Shown one piece after another: positions 44,601 to 60,292 of a stretch of 64,000 bases of DNA. A program made the position numbers and the translations under genes. Origin of the DNA: the human T2T-CHM13v2.0 reference genome, Homo sapiens. The notes under the pieces were generated by a model. That model worked only from the letters and a program-made list of their open reading frames with translations, had not been told where the DNA came from and did no database searches. The first letter of the stretch is position 1. The number at the start of each line of letters is the position of its first letter. Location: assembly GCF_009914755.1 (NCBI RefSeq), contig NC_060926.1; one strand, 5' to 3'.

Positions 44601-45841
44601 CCCACTGAATATTAAAACAAATGCCTCTTTGCCACTAAATTTTTTGCCCACATTTATACTAAATTATCTACTTTTTATATGAGTAAATCTTTGGTCACTC
44701 ACTATATTTTCACTCTTAGTGTCCACAGTGGTTGCTTCAATATAAAATCTATTTCAATACAAAGATGACAAAAAGAGGCCTATTATCTTTGTCTACACAA
44801 ATAGGTCTTATTGAATGTTTTCACCTCGGCTAGATCACTACTCTTGGCAAGATTTTTGTTTAGTACTATTCAGGAATCTATTTAGTTCACCAAAAGTGAT
44901 CAACTTCTAACTTAAACATTCAAATAACAGCATAAAAGAACTGATATGTCAAAAAACAAGTTTCAATGAACTATATGGGTGTATAGTAGTCAGATTATTA
45001 CTTTCCTTTATAAGAAAGTCTGCAAATGAAAAAAAAAATAATTTTAATGCCAATGCAATAACTGAATTAAATTAGTACAAACTGAGTATATTATTTAATA
45101 AGTATACCAATAAGAAGCTGGCAGAATATTTTAAGAAACCAAATGACCTTGTCTACTTCCAAGTTTCTTTATAATAGTATTCTTTTGTTTTGTTTTCCTG
45201 GAGTAACTTAACATTTACTGTAAGGAGAAATCCTGTTAAAATAGTGTCTTTTAGTTATGTATAAAATCCCAATAGTATCAGAATTGATCCTTAACTTGTA
45301 GGATGTAGTTCCTATACAGTTCACAAGCTCAAAGCTTTGTTGTTCTCTGTCGTCACATGACTATCATGTGTTCAACATAAGTTTTCTACAAACATGCAAA
45401 TAAATACATTAAAAACTAGTATATAAACTTATTTCACTTAAAAATATTATACAACATTTATATTGATTCAACACTAATTGAGATATCATGCCAATTCAAA
45501 ATTAGCCTGTTCACACTGAACATCTGAATTATTCACATTTTAATAATACTAAAAGGGCTGTCTTTAAGTTAAAAAAAATACACACAAAACTCTACTGTGT
45601 TTTACATATTAAAATACAGGATGAATGATAAAAATATTTAAAGCTCTAAAATCTTCAGTTGACACTTCAAGGTATTTTAAATACTTTTTATTAATTAGAA
45701 CTACAGCATAAGAACTTCAAATTGAAATTTTAATTTCTGTTCTAAATTATTATTGAGTAGGAAAAAGCATGTACTATTCATGTATTTTGTACAATCTCCT
45801 TGAATAATAATAGAATTCTTTGAAATTAAAGTTGTGACTCA

Positions 45842-48009
45842 GGAAGTCCTAGCTAGAGCAATCAGATGAGAGAAAAAAATAAAGGGCATCCAAATTGGAA
45901 AGAAAGAAGTCAAATTATCCTTGTTTGCAGATGATATAATCGTGTATTTGGAAAAACCTAAAGACTACCAAAAACTATTAGAACTGATAAACAAATTGAA
46001 TAAAGTTGCAGGATACAAAATCAACATACAAAAATCAGTAGCATTTCTATATGCCAACAGCAAATAATCTGAAAAAGAAATAAAAAAGTAATCCCATTTA
46101 TAACAGCTACAAATAAAATTAAATATCTATGAATTAACTTCACCAAAGAAGTGAAATATATCTACAATGAAAACTATAAAACACTGATGAAAGAAATTGA
46201 AGAGGACACAAAAAATGGAAAGATATTTCATGTTTGTGAACTGGAAGAATCAATATTGTTAAAATGTCCATACTACCCAAAGCAATCCACAGATTCAATG
46301 CAATCCCTATCAAAATACCAACACTATTCTTCACATAAATAGAAGAAACAATCCTAAAATTTATATGGAACCACAAAGACCCAGAATAGCCAAAGCTATC
46401 CTGAGCAAAAAGAACAGAACTGGAAGAATCACATTACTTGACTCAAATTATACTACAGAGCTACTGTAACCAAAACAGCAAGGTACTGGCATAAAAACAG
46501 GCACATAGACCAATAGAACAAATAGAGAACCCAGAAGTAAATCCATACATCTACAGTGAGCTCATTTCATCAAAGATGCCAAGAACATACACCGGGGAAA
46601 GAGCAGTCTCTTCCATAAGTGGTGGCAGGAAAACTGGATATCCATACGCAGAAGAATGAAACTAGACCCCTAACTCTCGCCATATACAAAAATCAAACCA
46701 AGATGGATTAAAGACTTAAATTTAAGACCACAAACTATGAAACTACTAAAAGGAAACATTGGGGAAACTTTCCAGGACACTGGATTGGGCTAAGATTTCT
46801 TGAATAATACCCCACAAGCACAGGCAACCAAAGCATAAATGGACAAATGGAATCACATCAAGTTAAAAAGCTTCTGTACAGCAAAAGAAACAATCAAGAA
46901 AGTGAAGAGACAACCCACAGAATGGAAGAAAATATTTCCAATCTATCTATCTAACAAAGGGTTAATAACCAGACTATATAGAGAGCTCAAACAACTCTAC
47001 AGGGAAAAAAAACCCCTAATAATCCAATTTACAAATGGGCAAAAGATCTGAATAGACATTTCTCAAAAAAAGACATACAAGTGGTAAACAGGTATATGAA
47101 AAGGTGCTCAATATCACTGGTCGTCAGAGAAATGCAAATCAATACTACAATGAGATTATCATCTCACCCCAGTTAAAATGGCTTTTATCCAAAAGGCAGG
47201 CAATAACAAATGCTGGCGAGGATGTGGAGAAAGGGAACTCTCACATACTGTTGGTGGGAATGTAAATCAGTACAACCATTATGGAGATCAGTTCTCAAAA
47301 AAACAAAAACAGATCTACCATATGATCCAGCAATCACATTGCTAGGTATATACCCAAAAGAAAGGAAATCAGTATATTGAAGAGATAGCTGGACTCCCAT
47401 GTTTATTGCATCACTAATCACAATAGCCAAGATTTGGAAGCAACCTAAGTGTCTATCAACAGACTAATGGATTAAAAAAAAAAAGTGATACATACATGCA
47501 GTGGAGTACCACTTGGCCATTAAAAAAAGAATGAGTTCCTGCCATTTGCAACAATGTGGACAGAACTGGAGGTCATTATGTTAAATGAAATAAGCCAGGA
47601 ACAGAAAGGCAAACTTCGCATGTTCTCACTTATTTGTGGTAGTTAAAAAAACAATTGAACTCATGGAGATAGAGAGTAGAAGGATGGTTACCACAGGCTG
47701 GGAAGGGTAGTAGTGGGGGTGGGGGGTGCAGAGAATGTGATTAATGGGCATGAAAAAGATAGAATGAGTAAGATCTAGTATTTGATAGCAAAACAGGGTG
47801 ACTATAGTCAATAATAATTTAACTGTACATTTAAAAATAACTAAGAGTATAATTGGATTGCTTGTACAACCATACATACAAAAGATAAATGCTTGATGTG
47901 AATACCCTGATGTGATTATTATGCATTGTGTGTCTGTATCAAAATATCTCATGTACTCCAGAAATGTATATATCTACTATGTAGACACAAAAAAATAAAA
48001 ATTAAAAAA
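45842..48009 (+). mobile_element. 5'-truncated L1 (L1MA1/2-like): decayed ORF2 C-terminal half plus 3'UTR
   Basis: Begins EVLARAI..., includes RT motif LFADD; ORF remnant [19 protein letters not shown]; 15-bp TSD taaagttgtga(c/t)tca at 45827 and 48010. Confidence 0.95.
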
Positions 48010-49689
48010 TAAAGTTGTGATTCAATATGAATAATGCTAACTACATATTGGAGCAATTTCAATATAACTAGTAATTCTTTGTGAATATTTATATTATCAC
48101 TGCAAAACCATAGATCTTTGAGTTTTTAAATATTTTTGCTTAAAAGTGAACATTTAAGAAGGCAAACTCTAATGTTCAACGAGTTAATCTAATTATTTCC
48201 TAGCTTATTCAAAATTTGACATGCTTTCTATAGTAAAATTTGGAAGTATAATAAAAGTACTAAGAAGAAGTGAACTAACTCTAGTGTATGGTGGAAACAT
48301 AAAGACTTAGATTCTTCTCTTACGTCAAAGTTCAAATTAACTTCACATTAAATTAAATGAAAAAACCAGCCCTCCTCCATAGTTATCTATGCACTGTGCT
48401 CCTTGGTCTGTCACCTAAACTAGGAAGAAATACTGAGACAAATTGCAGTAAGGACTGAAAGTATGATATATAAAATGCTCCCTGACATTTTTTAATCCAT
48501 TCAACAAACATTTCTTAAGAACCTATTATTTGATTTCATTCATTTCACTCAGTTCTGACACAGCCCTGCAAAGTACATATTAGTTTTATTCTAATCATAT
48601 TACATATGTGAAGTTAAGTAGCTTGTCTAAGATCACTTGGCCGCTAAGTAGTAAAAACAGGGCAAGAACCTGTTTTCTGATCCTCAATTACTGGAGTCGT
48701 CTAACTTCTACACCATCTAATGATCTAGATTCCAATCCCAGCTCTACTACTTCCTGGCTACAGAACTGGGGCAAATCACTTAACCTGTCAGCTTTCTAAG
48801 TTCTTCATCTAGAAAATGGTGAAAGTGAGTATCTCACTAGATTGCTCTGAGAAACTCTATAATGAAAATGCTTTAAAAGTTATTAAAATATTTTTGCATT
48901 GCTATTTCATGTCATGTGCTATGTGATATTATATAAAATGTTTCACATTATAAATTGATAATTTTTAGCCATAGTCCTCTGGAGACTAGGCTGTTCTCCA
49001 GTATGTTGGAAATTTTAGGACAACTTTTGCAGTCTACTGAAGTTTAGGTGACATCAGAGAAATCTAGCAATTTCCTGACATAAGCCTACTTTCCATAAGC
49101 AAGAAGAAAGTTAAGTACTGGCAAACTCTAACTCATTATAACTTTTATTTTGACTAGGTAGTACACTAATGTGGTTCAAATTTCAAAAGATAGCAAAGGA
49201 TATTCAGTGGAAAGTCTCCTTACTTTGTCCTCTAGCTTCTCAGATCCCCTCGCAAGAGACAACAGGTTTTATCAGTTTCTCACATATCCTTCCAGAAATA
49301 TACGTGTATCTGTGCCCTCTGACAACTTTTGACATAAATGGTAGCATCCTGTACACATTTTTTCACCTTGCTTTTTTCCACTAACTTATCGGTAAATAAA
49401 GAGTTTTGTTTTGGGGTTTTTTTCTGTTTTTATGTGTTTAGTTTTTACAAATGCATAGTACTTCACAGTGTGGGTTAAATTTATCCTAACCCTATCCCTT
49501 ATTAAAGGATATTTAGGTAATTTTCAATGCTGAAATGAGTAATCTTATATATTCAACATTTTGTAAGTGTGCAAGTATACCTACTGGTTAAAATCCAAGA
49601 AGTAGAATTGCTGGGTCGAAGAAGTATATTTGTAATTTTTACAGATAGTACCAAACTGCACTTTACAGAGTTTGAACACTGGAGCTTGC

Positions 49690-50150
49690 TTCTCAAACCC
49701 TTAACACTACCATGTGACCCAGCAATCCCGCTCCAAGGCATACCCAAGATAAATAAACACATATGTCCATAAAAAAACCTATACACAAATGTTTGATGCA
49801 GCTTATTCACAACAACCAAAATGCAAAATGTGGAAAGAACCTAGATGTCCATCAACTGATAAATGGGTAAACAAAATTTGATATATATCCATACAATGGA
49901 ATATTATTCAGCCACAAAAAGGAATGAAGTACTGAAGCATGCTACAACATAGATAAACCTTGAAAACATTATGCTAAGTAAAAAAAGGCAGTCACAAAAG
50001 ATCACATAAGACCCAATTTATAACAAATTTCCAGGATAGGCAAATCTATAGAGACAGTAAGTAGATTGGTGGTTGCAAAAAGTCATTGAATTGTATATTT
50101 TAAATAGATGATGTGTACGGTGTGTGAATTATATCTCAATACTGTTTTAA
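49690..50150 (+). mobile_element. L1MB/ME 3' fragment
   Basis: gacccagcaatccc...atccatacaatggaatattattcagcc...attatatctcaata. Confidence 0.8.
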
Positions 50151-50367
50151 AAAATAACCACCTCCCAGCTACCTCAGTTTACTACGTGTCATGAGCCACA
50201 CATACGCACATCTGGTGTTAATTTTCCCTCAGATTTCCAACAACCATCTCATCACTTCGCAATAACTCACAATAGGCAACCCTTCTCATGTCTATTTCCA
50301 GAAGCAAACCTTTACCAAGGAAACCTTTTCCAAGGAAAAGTGCTATGTTTATTGTAATATTTGGGTG

Positions 50368-53052
<2,685 letters not shown>

Positions 53053-53432
53053 TATTTTGTAACCATTTTAAACGTGTAAAACTGTGCTACCATTTTTATT
53101 AAGTTCCCATCTTCTCTCTACATGTCACTGATGAATTGTTTTAGTGTTATGACCTAACCCCATCTTTCCCATAAGCTCTGTGGTTTTTACTGCCCATTTT
53201 GTACAGCGTAGTGATTTTTAGGAACACACAGGCCACATTATAGCAGAACTAATTGTAAAATCACATGACAGTATTTCCCCCAAATACACCCATTATTAGA
53301 CATAGACTTGAAAACTGGAGAAATCACTAATCCAAAGTAATAAGATTTCAATCCAATTTCACTATTTAAAAATTTCAAACTAAAAGGCTAAAAGCAATTA
53401 ATACCATTTGGGATATTATGGTAATAATGTAG

Positions 53433-53831
<399 letters not shown>

Positions 53832-54177
53832 TGATTTCAAAGGGAATAAGTCGGTAATTTATGAAGCCAAGCTACTCAGCATGCATCTTTTGCTCTCATT
53901 GGGCTGTTACCTTTCAAATCACACAAAAATACCCTGTTCATTTCAGTTTCAATGCTTTTATCCATTCTCCTTGCACGAGGTGCCTTTCTCTTCCTTCTTG
54001 GTCTCACCAAATCATATACTCTTGACTTAAGTCCATCATAGATCATTCCCATCTCCCCCTCCATTCTTTACTGATGCTCTGTCCCTTTGAGTTCCTACAC
54101 CACTTATTGCTGGATTTACACATTTGTAATCTGATGTTATTTGCTCATTTTTGTCCCTTGAACAGATAAGCTCCTCA

Positions 54178-54561
<384 letters not shown>

Positions 54562-55219
54562 TCAAGAAGTTCTTGCTGCTGGGTGATAAATAGGAAAGAA
54601 TCAAATAACCTTCTGGCTTTCTTAGCTAGATCTCCACTATTTCTGGTGCATATCATTTAAATGACTTTCAAGAAGCTAAAATTTTAACTTAGCCATGCTG
54701 AAAATATATACGGCCACCAAGGAAATGAAATCTCATAAAACTTGAGCTCTGGTATCTTATCACAAAAAAGGCTAAACAAGAAATTATCATTGTTACACAA
54801 CACATTTTTAGATTGTGGACCCCACTTCTACCTTATAAAATGTATGTAAGCAATTTTATTTACAGCAGTCTTATCACAGTGCCAAATTATCCCAGAACCA
54901 TGGTTTTCAAGGCTTTCTTTTAATAGTAGAATTTTTTTTTATTTCTTCTTCTTCTTTTTTTTTTTAAACAAACAAAAGGCTAGGTGGAATTCTACCATAC
55001 AGAAAAAAGGAGAGCTGATCTTGCTAACGTGGAGGGAGGGGCTTGTAGTTCTGCCTGCCCTGTCCCCAGTCCCTAATTGCAGTGACCCCTTAAGGCATCT
55101 CTGAGCACCATCAGCAATGAGAAGCACTCAGAATAATCAGCAAACTGCCATGAATAGAAAAATACTTCATTAATTATTTTTTAATTTCAATATCATTATA
55201 ATATAAAATTAAAACTTAC

Positions 55220-55336
55220 CCATTTCTACTGAACACTCTTAGCCATGCTTTGAGGTTTGGTCCTAACAAACATAAGCAAGGCACAGTAGTAAAAGTAGAC
55301 AAAATAACTGCAAATAAAAATGTTTCCAATGCCAAC
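55220..55336 (-). CDS. PIGF: PIGF coding exon 4 (117 nt): (E)LALETFLFAVILSTFTTVPCLCLLGPNLKAWLRVFSRNG
   Basis: Poly-T+ctag| acceptor and |gtaagt donor; phases match exons 3 and 5; hydrophobic segment. Confidence 0.96.
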
Positions 55337-55747
55337 CTAGAAAAAAAAAAAGATTACTTTTTAAAAAAGTGTTAAAGGTAAACATACACATACATAATCT
55401 TTATTATATAAATAAAATGTGAAATATCTTCCTATGCTTTACTTTGAAAGGTAACATGAATGCCACCAAAATGATGACTATAAATAATTTTACCACCAAC
55501 ATGTAGCTTTAAAAAACAATCTAGCAAGTATTTCGCTTTAATGATAGATTTCAGAAGTGTTAAAGACCCTAGGATCCATGCTGAGACTTTCACTGCAAAC
55601 ACAAACAAACAAACAAAATCCATTTCTAGATAGTTAGCTTTCTGCTCAATAGTCTCTCTGGAACTTTCTCTACAACTAGTGGTTCAATACACTATTGAAC
55701 CACTATTGAACCACTATTGAATACTAGTTGTAGTGGTTCTCTACAAC

Positions 55748-55902
55748 TAGTGGTTAACATATATTGGAAACACCTGGAGAGCTGGATAAACTAAAGATTG
55801 GTGGGGGCTCTACCCCTAGAGTTTCTGACTGAAGCTTGAGTATTTGCATTTTGATAAAATGCTGATGCTGCTGGTTTGAAAACCACATTTTGAGAACCAC
55901 TG
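55748..55902. mobile_element. MER5A (hAT-Charlie MITE)
   Basis: cacctggagagc...tttgcattt...tgatgctgctggt...ccacattttgagaaccactg. Confidence 0.75.
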
Positions 55903-56685
55903 TGCCAGACACATTCATTCTGCTTTAAAATGGATTAGACAGGAACCACCATTTTCCATTACAAAGGTCTTGTTCTCTCCCATCTAGAAAAGAATAACCT
56001 GTCAGTTTAGTGTGTGTACGTAAAACTATGTATAAATATATATATATATATAAAATGGTATACTTAGCAACACAAATATATGTGTGTGTATATGTATATG
56101 TATCTCATCACTCATTTCACCATGATCATTAATCACTGCTAAACTGAAGCTTCTCAAACTATGATAAACATTATGTAAGAAACATTCATGAATTTTGTTT
56201 CTAAGAATTTGAAATTTGTCAGTTCAGAAAAAGTGTTAAATTTTACCTTTAAACTATAAACACCAGCTTATTCAGTATTTGAATACAGGAATCTATTGAC
56301 TTTTGTTAAGAAAAACTCCATTCAAGTACTTTAGAATCACATTTATAAGAACTGATATGCTAATTATAACTTACACATATAATCATAGTAAGTTCTTTCA
56401 GAGGTTCTAAGGGCCAAATACTTATTGGTATAGTATAGTTTCTCTACTCTCCCTTCTCTCAACATGCAATTGGATACTAGAAGGCTAGGTAACAAGAGTA
56501 TTTAATAAATTAAGTTATTCTGCTGTTTTTTTTAAAAAAGAATAACACTGCTAATGATGTTGGTGTCCTTACTTGATCTATTAATGATGCACATCATGGT
56601 TTTTCTCTAGTTGCTAAGAATTAGCACACAGTTTGGTAAATGAATGTTTTAAAATATAAATTTAGGGTAAAAATTTCAAACTTAC

Positions 56686-56777
56686 TCTATCAGTGGTGCT
56701 CCATACAGAACAAAAATTACATGAAAGGAGAAACAAGACATAAGAAAGTAGATACAGCATTTCAAAAATCCAGTTAC
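56686..56777 (-). CDS. PIGF: PIGF coding exon 3 (92 nt): VTGFLKCCIYFLMSCFSFHVIFVLYGAPLIE
   Basis: ttttag| acceptor and |gtaagt donor; conserved LYGAP motif of PIG-F. Confidence 0.96.
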
Positions 56778-57928
56778 CTAAAAGAGAAATGAATAACCTG
56801 AAGATTCAAGATAATGCTTAAAGGACAATAAATTCTTCCATTTCATCTACAAACACAACTTGTTCCCATAATGTGTAAAACAGTTCAAATGTTCTTGGGT
56901 ATACTCAAATCAGATCACATGTCCTGTACCGTCACATACACAGCCTTCGATACAGACTAAAAAAGCCTAAAAGGCAAATACCACCTTCCGCCCATATTCT
57001 ACCCATCCGACCTACATGAGTCGAAAAGAGGTTCTGTTTCCATGGTAATATAGAGCTATGTCATTAATCAATATTTATCAAATACTGATTGACATCAGAG
57101 AGCTAGGATACAAAAAATACAGTATTATGCGATGATAGAGGAAATATCTGCAGAAAATAACAATTTTTTTCATTTTAAAACAAAATTCCTGGGAAAACTG
57201 CACTGAAAAAGCAAAATACTAAATAATTCTTGAAATCACACTCATATTACACAACCCGTATGAAAAAAGACCTGAACATCTACAAAGAAACATGAGATCT
57301 TCTTGATTTGGAGCTTAAGAATATATAAACATAACACATACATTCAGCTTTTCCAATCATAGGCAGTAAATGACCTAACAGAGCTTATACATGGTAGAAA
57401 ATAATGTTAAGTGTGGACATTATTAGTAATAGCCAAGTGAATATCTACTGCAGTGAATATTCTGGAAAATTGATTCTAATATCTGAAAATTGTTTAGTCA
57501 AGGAAGGCCATGTTGGAAACAAGCATTACCACAGGCTTATATTGCAATTTCTGAAAATCCCACTAAGTGGCTTTCAGAAATGCAAAAATAATAAAAATAA
57601 ACTGCAATGTCTTATTGAGTAAGGTTTAAAGATAGACTGTCACACGTATTTATTTTCAATGGTGACATAAAACAATGACTATATAGGCTCACAATATTAT
57701 AATATGCTCTGAAGAAGTCATAATTCCATAATTAATGCAAGGCAAGGATCAATCAAACATTGTGGGCAGCCTTCCACCAAGTAACAGCCTACCAATTTGG
57801 GGGGAAAAATATCAGGTTCCCTTTGCTCACTATAAATAAGCTAATAAAGACTTGATGAATACTTTATTCTTCCATTAAAAGAAACACTAGCTCCATCCAA
57901 AAATCAGTTATTGAGACATAAGCCTTAC

Positions 57929-58156
57929 CTTGTGTGATAATGAACTTCTTTTAGAGGATGTATTTGGTTTCACTACTAAATATAGTACTAGATTGACAGC
58001 AGTTACAAAACCAGAACAGATGCACAACCATGTCAAGTGTGTTTCCAATATTGAGAAGTTCTCCAAGAAGAGTGATGGAATGAAGACACTTAGGATAATT
58101 GAAAATATGCATAAAAGATGGGTATACAGTAGTCTCTTGATATCGTTATCTTTCAT
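57929..58156 (-). CDS. PIGF: PIGF exon 2, coding part (76 aa, MKDNDIKRLL...SSLSHK); exon begins at about 58177
   Basis: ACCATG Kozak start at 58156; donor AAG|gtaagg; acceptor ttgttag| 21 nt upstream of ATG. Total spliced CDS 228+92+117+109+114=660 nt = 219 aa + stop. Confidence 0.97.
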
Positions 58157-59023
58157 GGTGTTTTCTTGGATGGCTAGCTAACAAAAAACAAGAAAAGAAG
58201 AGCATATGCAATAACGACTTTTTCCATTGTCTTAAATGTTTTGACCCCTAAAAATAGGTCATAAAGTCAATTTTCTATGAGCAATGTATTTGTTTCAAAA
58301 CACAAAAGATGCAGACGTGTAGATGCACATACAGACTTAGCTTTCTATTCTACCTTTGATTTTCTTAATATGGTACAAACATCTCTCAGAGCCTAAAAAG
58401 AACAAATTTACTAATTTCTTAAATATTGTGACTGGTTTCTGCAAAAGGGTCATGTCCTAGGACCAATAAAGCAATTCATTTAAACTTTTTTGGCCAATAT
58501 CAAAGAGATGAAATCAACTGTGTGGATTAAATTATCTACTGCCTGTTGCAATTATAACCAAAGTTTATTTATGCGGTTTCTAGAATGCATAGGTTATAAT
58601 TCCAACAACTCCACAAATATACTTAGGCTGAATTGTTGGTATTTTTTTTTACTCTTGTCTAACATTACAGTAGTTCACATCTTCTAGCAAATGCCAAATG
58701 ACACCAAGTGCACATTCCAATACTCAAATGGTGGCCAGTGGAATCAAGAGTTCAAAGAGCACCACACTAAACCAAGGGATCCCAATGCTTCAGAAATACC
58801 AAGATGACAACGTCTGTTACAGGTGTTAAATTCCAACCAAAAGTAGAGCACGAACGGAAGGAGGAAAAAAAAATTACCGTCTCTAAAATACACGTATTTA
58901 AATTACCTGAGAGCTGACTAATTGTACTGCTAAACAAGGACTTTATTAATTTAAAGTAACAGTCAATATGTTACATTATGGAGAATATTCCAGAAAATAG
59001 AAATATCTCAGAAAAAAAAATAC

Positions 59024-59057
59024 TATACACACACACGCACACGCGCGCGCGCGCGTG
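59024..59057. repeat. Alternating purine-pyrimidine tract (TA)(CA)n(CG)7
   Basis: 34 bp of uninterrupted R/Y alternation. Confidence 0.9.
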
Positions 59058-59962
59058 GGCGGAGGGGCGCCCACTAGTGAGAAAAGCAGAAAGGCGAACC
59101 TGGGCCTTATCCTAATAGCTCTCATTTAATTCACCCAATGCTTTTCAAAGGCAGATATTTTACTGATAAGGAAACACGGCAAACAGGTGAGGTGGTCCAA
59201 GGTCCCATGCGCTACAGCCATCTCTCTGGTATAAGGAAATACACTAGGCATGAAAAGCAAACGGATGGCAAGAAGGGACAAAGGGAAAGTTTCCCATAGA
59301 TTCTATCTTAAGCTGATTGAGGGAGGGCAAGGGGATCAGGAATCCATTCTCTCAACAGATAGCCCTTCAGCGATTTTTCTGAGCCACCCTCGGAATCGCA
59401 GCTGCCAGCAGCAGATGTGGATGTAATACAGTGAGCAGGACCCAAACTCAAATGTTTGCTGAATGAATGAAGGAACCAGAGTAAGCAAAGAGGGAACCAG
59501 CACCGGTTAGGCCCTGGAGTGCCCCCAGGACGCCTGCAGAAGTGCCACGGGCATGACCCGGCCCACCTCGCTACGCACCGCAGCGGAGAGAAGGCTCTTC
59601 CGAGCGGCACCCAGAGGAGCCTTCGCGGGCATCGCCGCACCTTCACCGGCAGCCCCACCCCAACCCGGGTCCCTCGGGATTCTGCCCGAGCCTACGCCGG
59701 CGCAAGCGTGGGCAGCGAGGAACCAGCTGAGAGGCAGGATCAAAGAGCATGGGAGTTGAAGACAAGGGAAAACTGGGGGACAGAGGCGAAAACTCGGATC
59801 CGAAAGGGGGTCTGTCCATCAGGGCACGCCGGAAGAGTGGCGCTGAGCTGACGGCGAGCGCCGGCGGGTCGGGGCGCCAAGGCTCAGGGCTGCTTCGGCA
59901 ATTCGCGGGGGTAGCTTGCACCTCGTGAGGCGAGAGCGCCGAGGGCGTCCAGCGGGGCTTAC

Positions 59963-60035
59963 CTAACTCTCCCTCCCGCGGAAGGGAAGCGGGGAACTAC
60001 TGCCTCCTACCATCAGGTACGACGGGCGGCCCAGG
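59963..60035 (-). other. PIGF: PIGF non-coding exon 1 (5' end approximate)
   Basis: Strong donor TTAG|gtaagc on minus at 59963 within the CpG island. TSS inferred. Confidence 0.7.
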
Positions 60036-60228
60036 CCCACGCGCAGGCGCAGGGCTGTGGGGCGGAGACCCACGGCCTAACAGCCAGTCGCAGAAAGGGA
60101 GGGGCGGGCAAAAGGGGCAGCGGCTTTCCAGGTTTGGGGTAGGCGGGAGTATGGGCTTAGAAGCCGGAAGTGGGTTGACGTAGCCCGGAAGGGGAATACT
60201 TCCAAGTTGTAGTGTTGTTGTTTTCAGC

Positions 60229-60246
60229 CTGCTGCTGCTGCTGCTG
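60229..60246 (+). repeat. (CTG)6 in the CRIPT 5'UTR
   Basis: Seen directly; ends 30 nt upstream of the ATG. Confidence 0.9.
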
Positions 60247-60276
60247 TTGCGGCTAGGGGAACCGTCGTGGGGAAGG

Positions 60277-60292
60277 ATGGTGTGCGAAAAAT
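60277..60292 (+). CDS. CRIPT: CRIPT exon 1, coding part (MVCEK-C)
   Basis: AGGATGG Kozak start and donor |gtgagt; joins exon 2 to give MVCEKCEKKLG (CxxC). Confidence 0.95.

Noticed and set aside
45842-48009. Possible active L1 or domesticated reverse transcriptase
   Set aside because: 5'-truncated with multiple stops and frameshifts.
55690-55722. Short repeated units superficially resembling a CRISPR-like array
   Set aside because: No spacers, 11-bp units and a eukaryotic context; better explained as a repair scar.
58171-58180. Tandem acceptor TAG-CTAG at PIGF exon 2
   Set aside because: A 4-nt shift would lie in the 5'UTR with no coding effect; no evidence of use.
59308-59921. Several overlapping 68-116 aa ORFs
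   Set aside because: Expected stop-codon scarcity in a CpG island; no recognisable domain.
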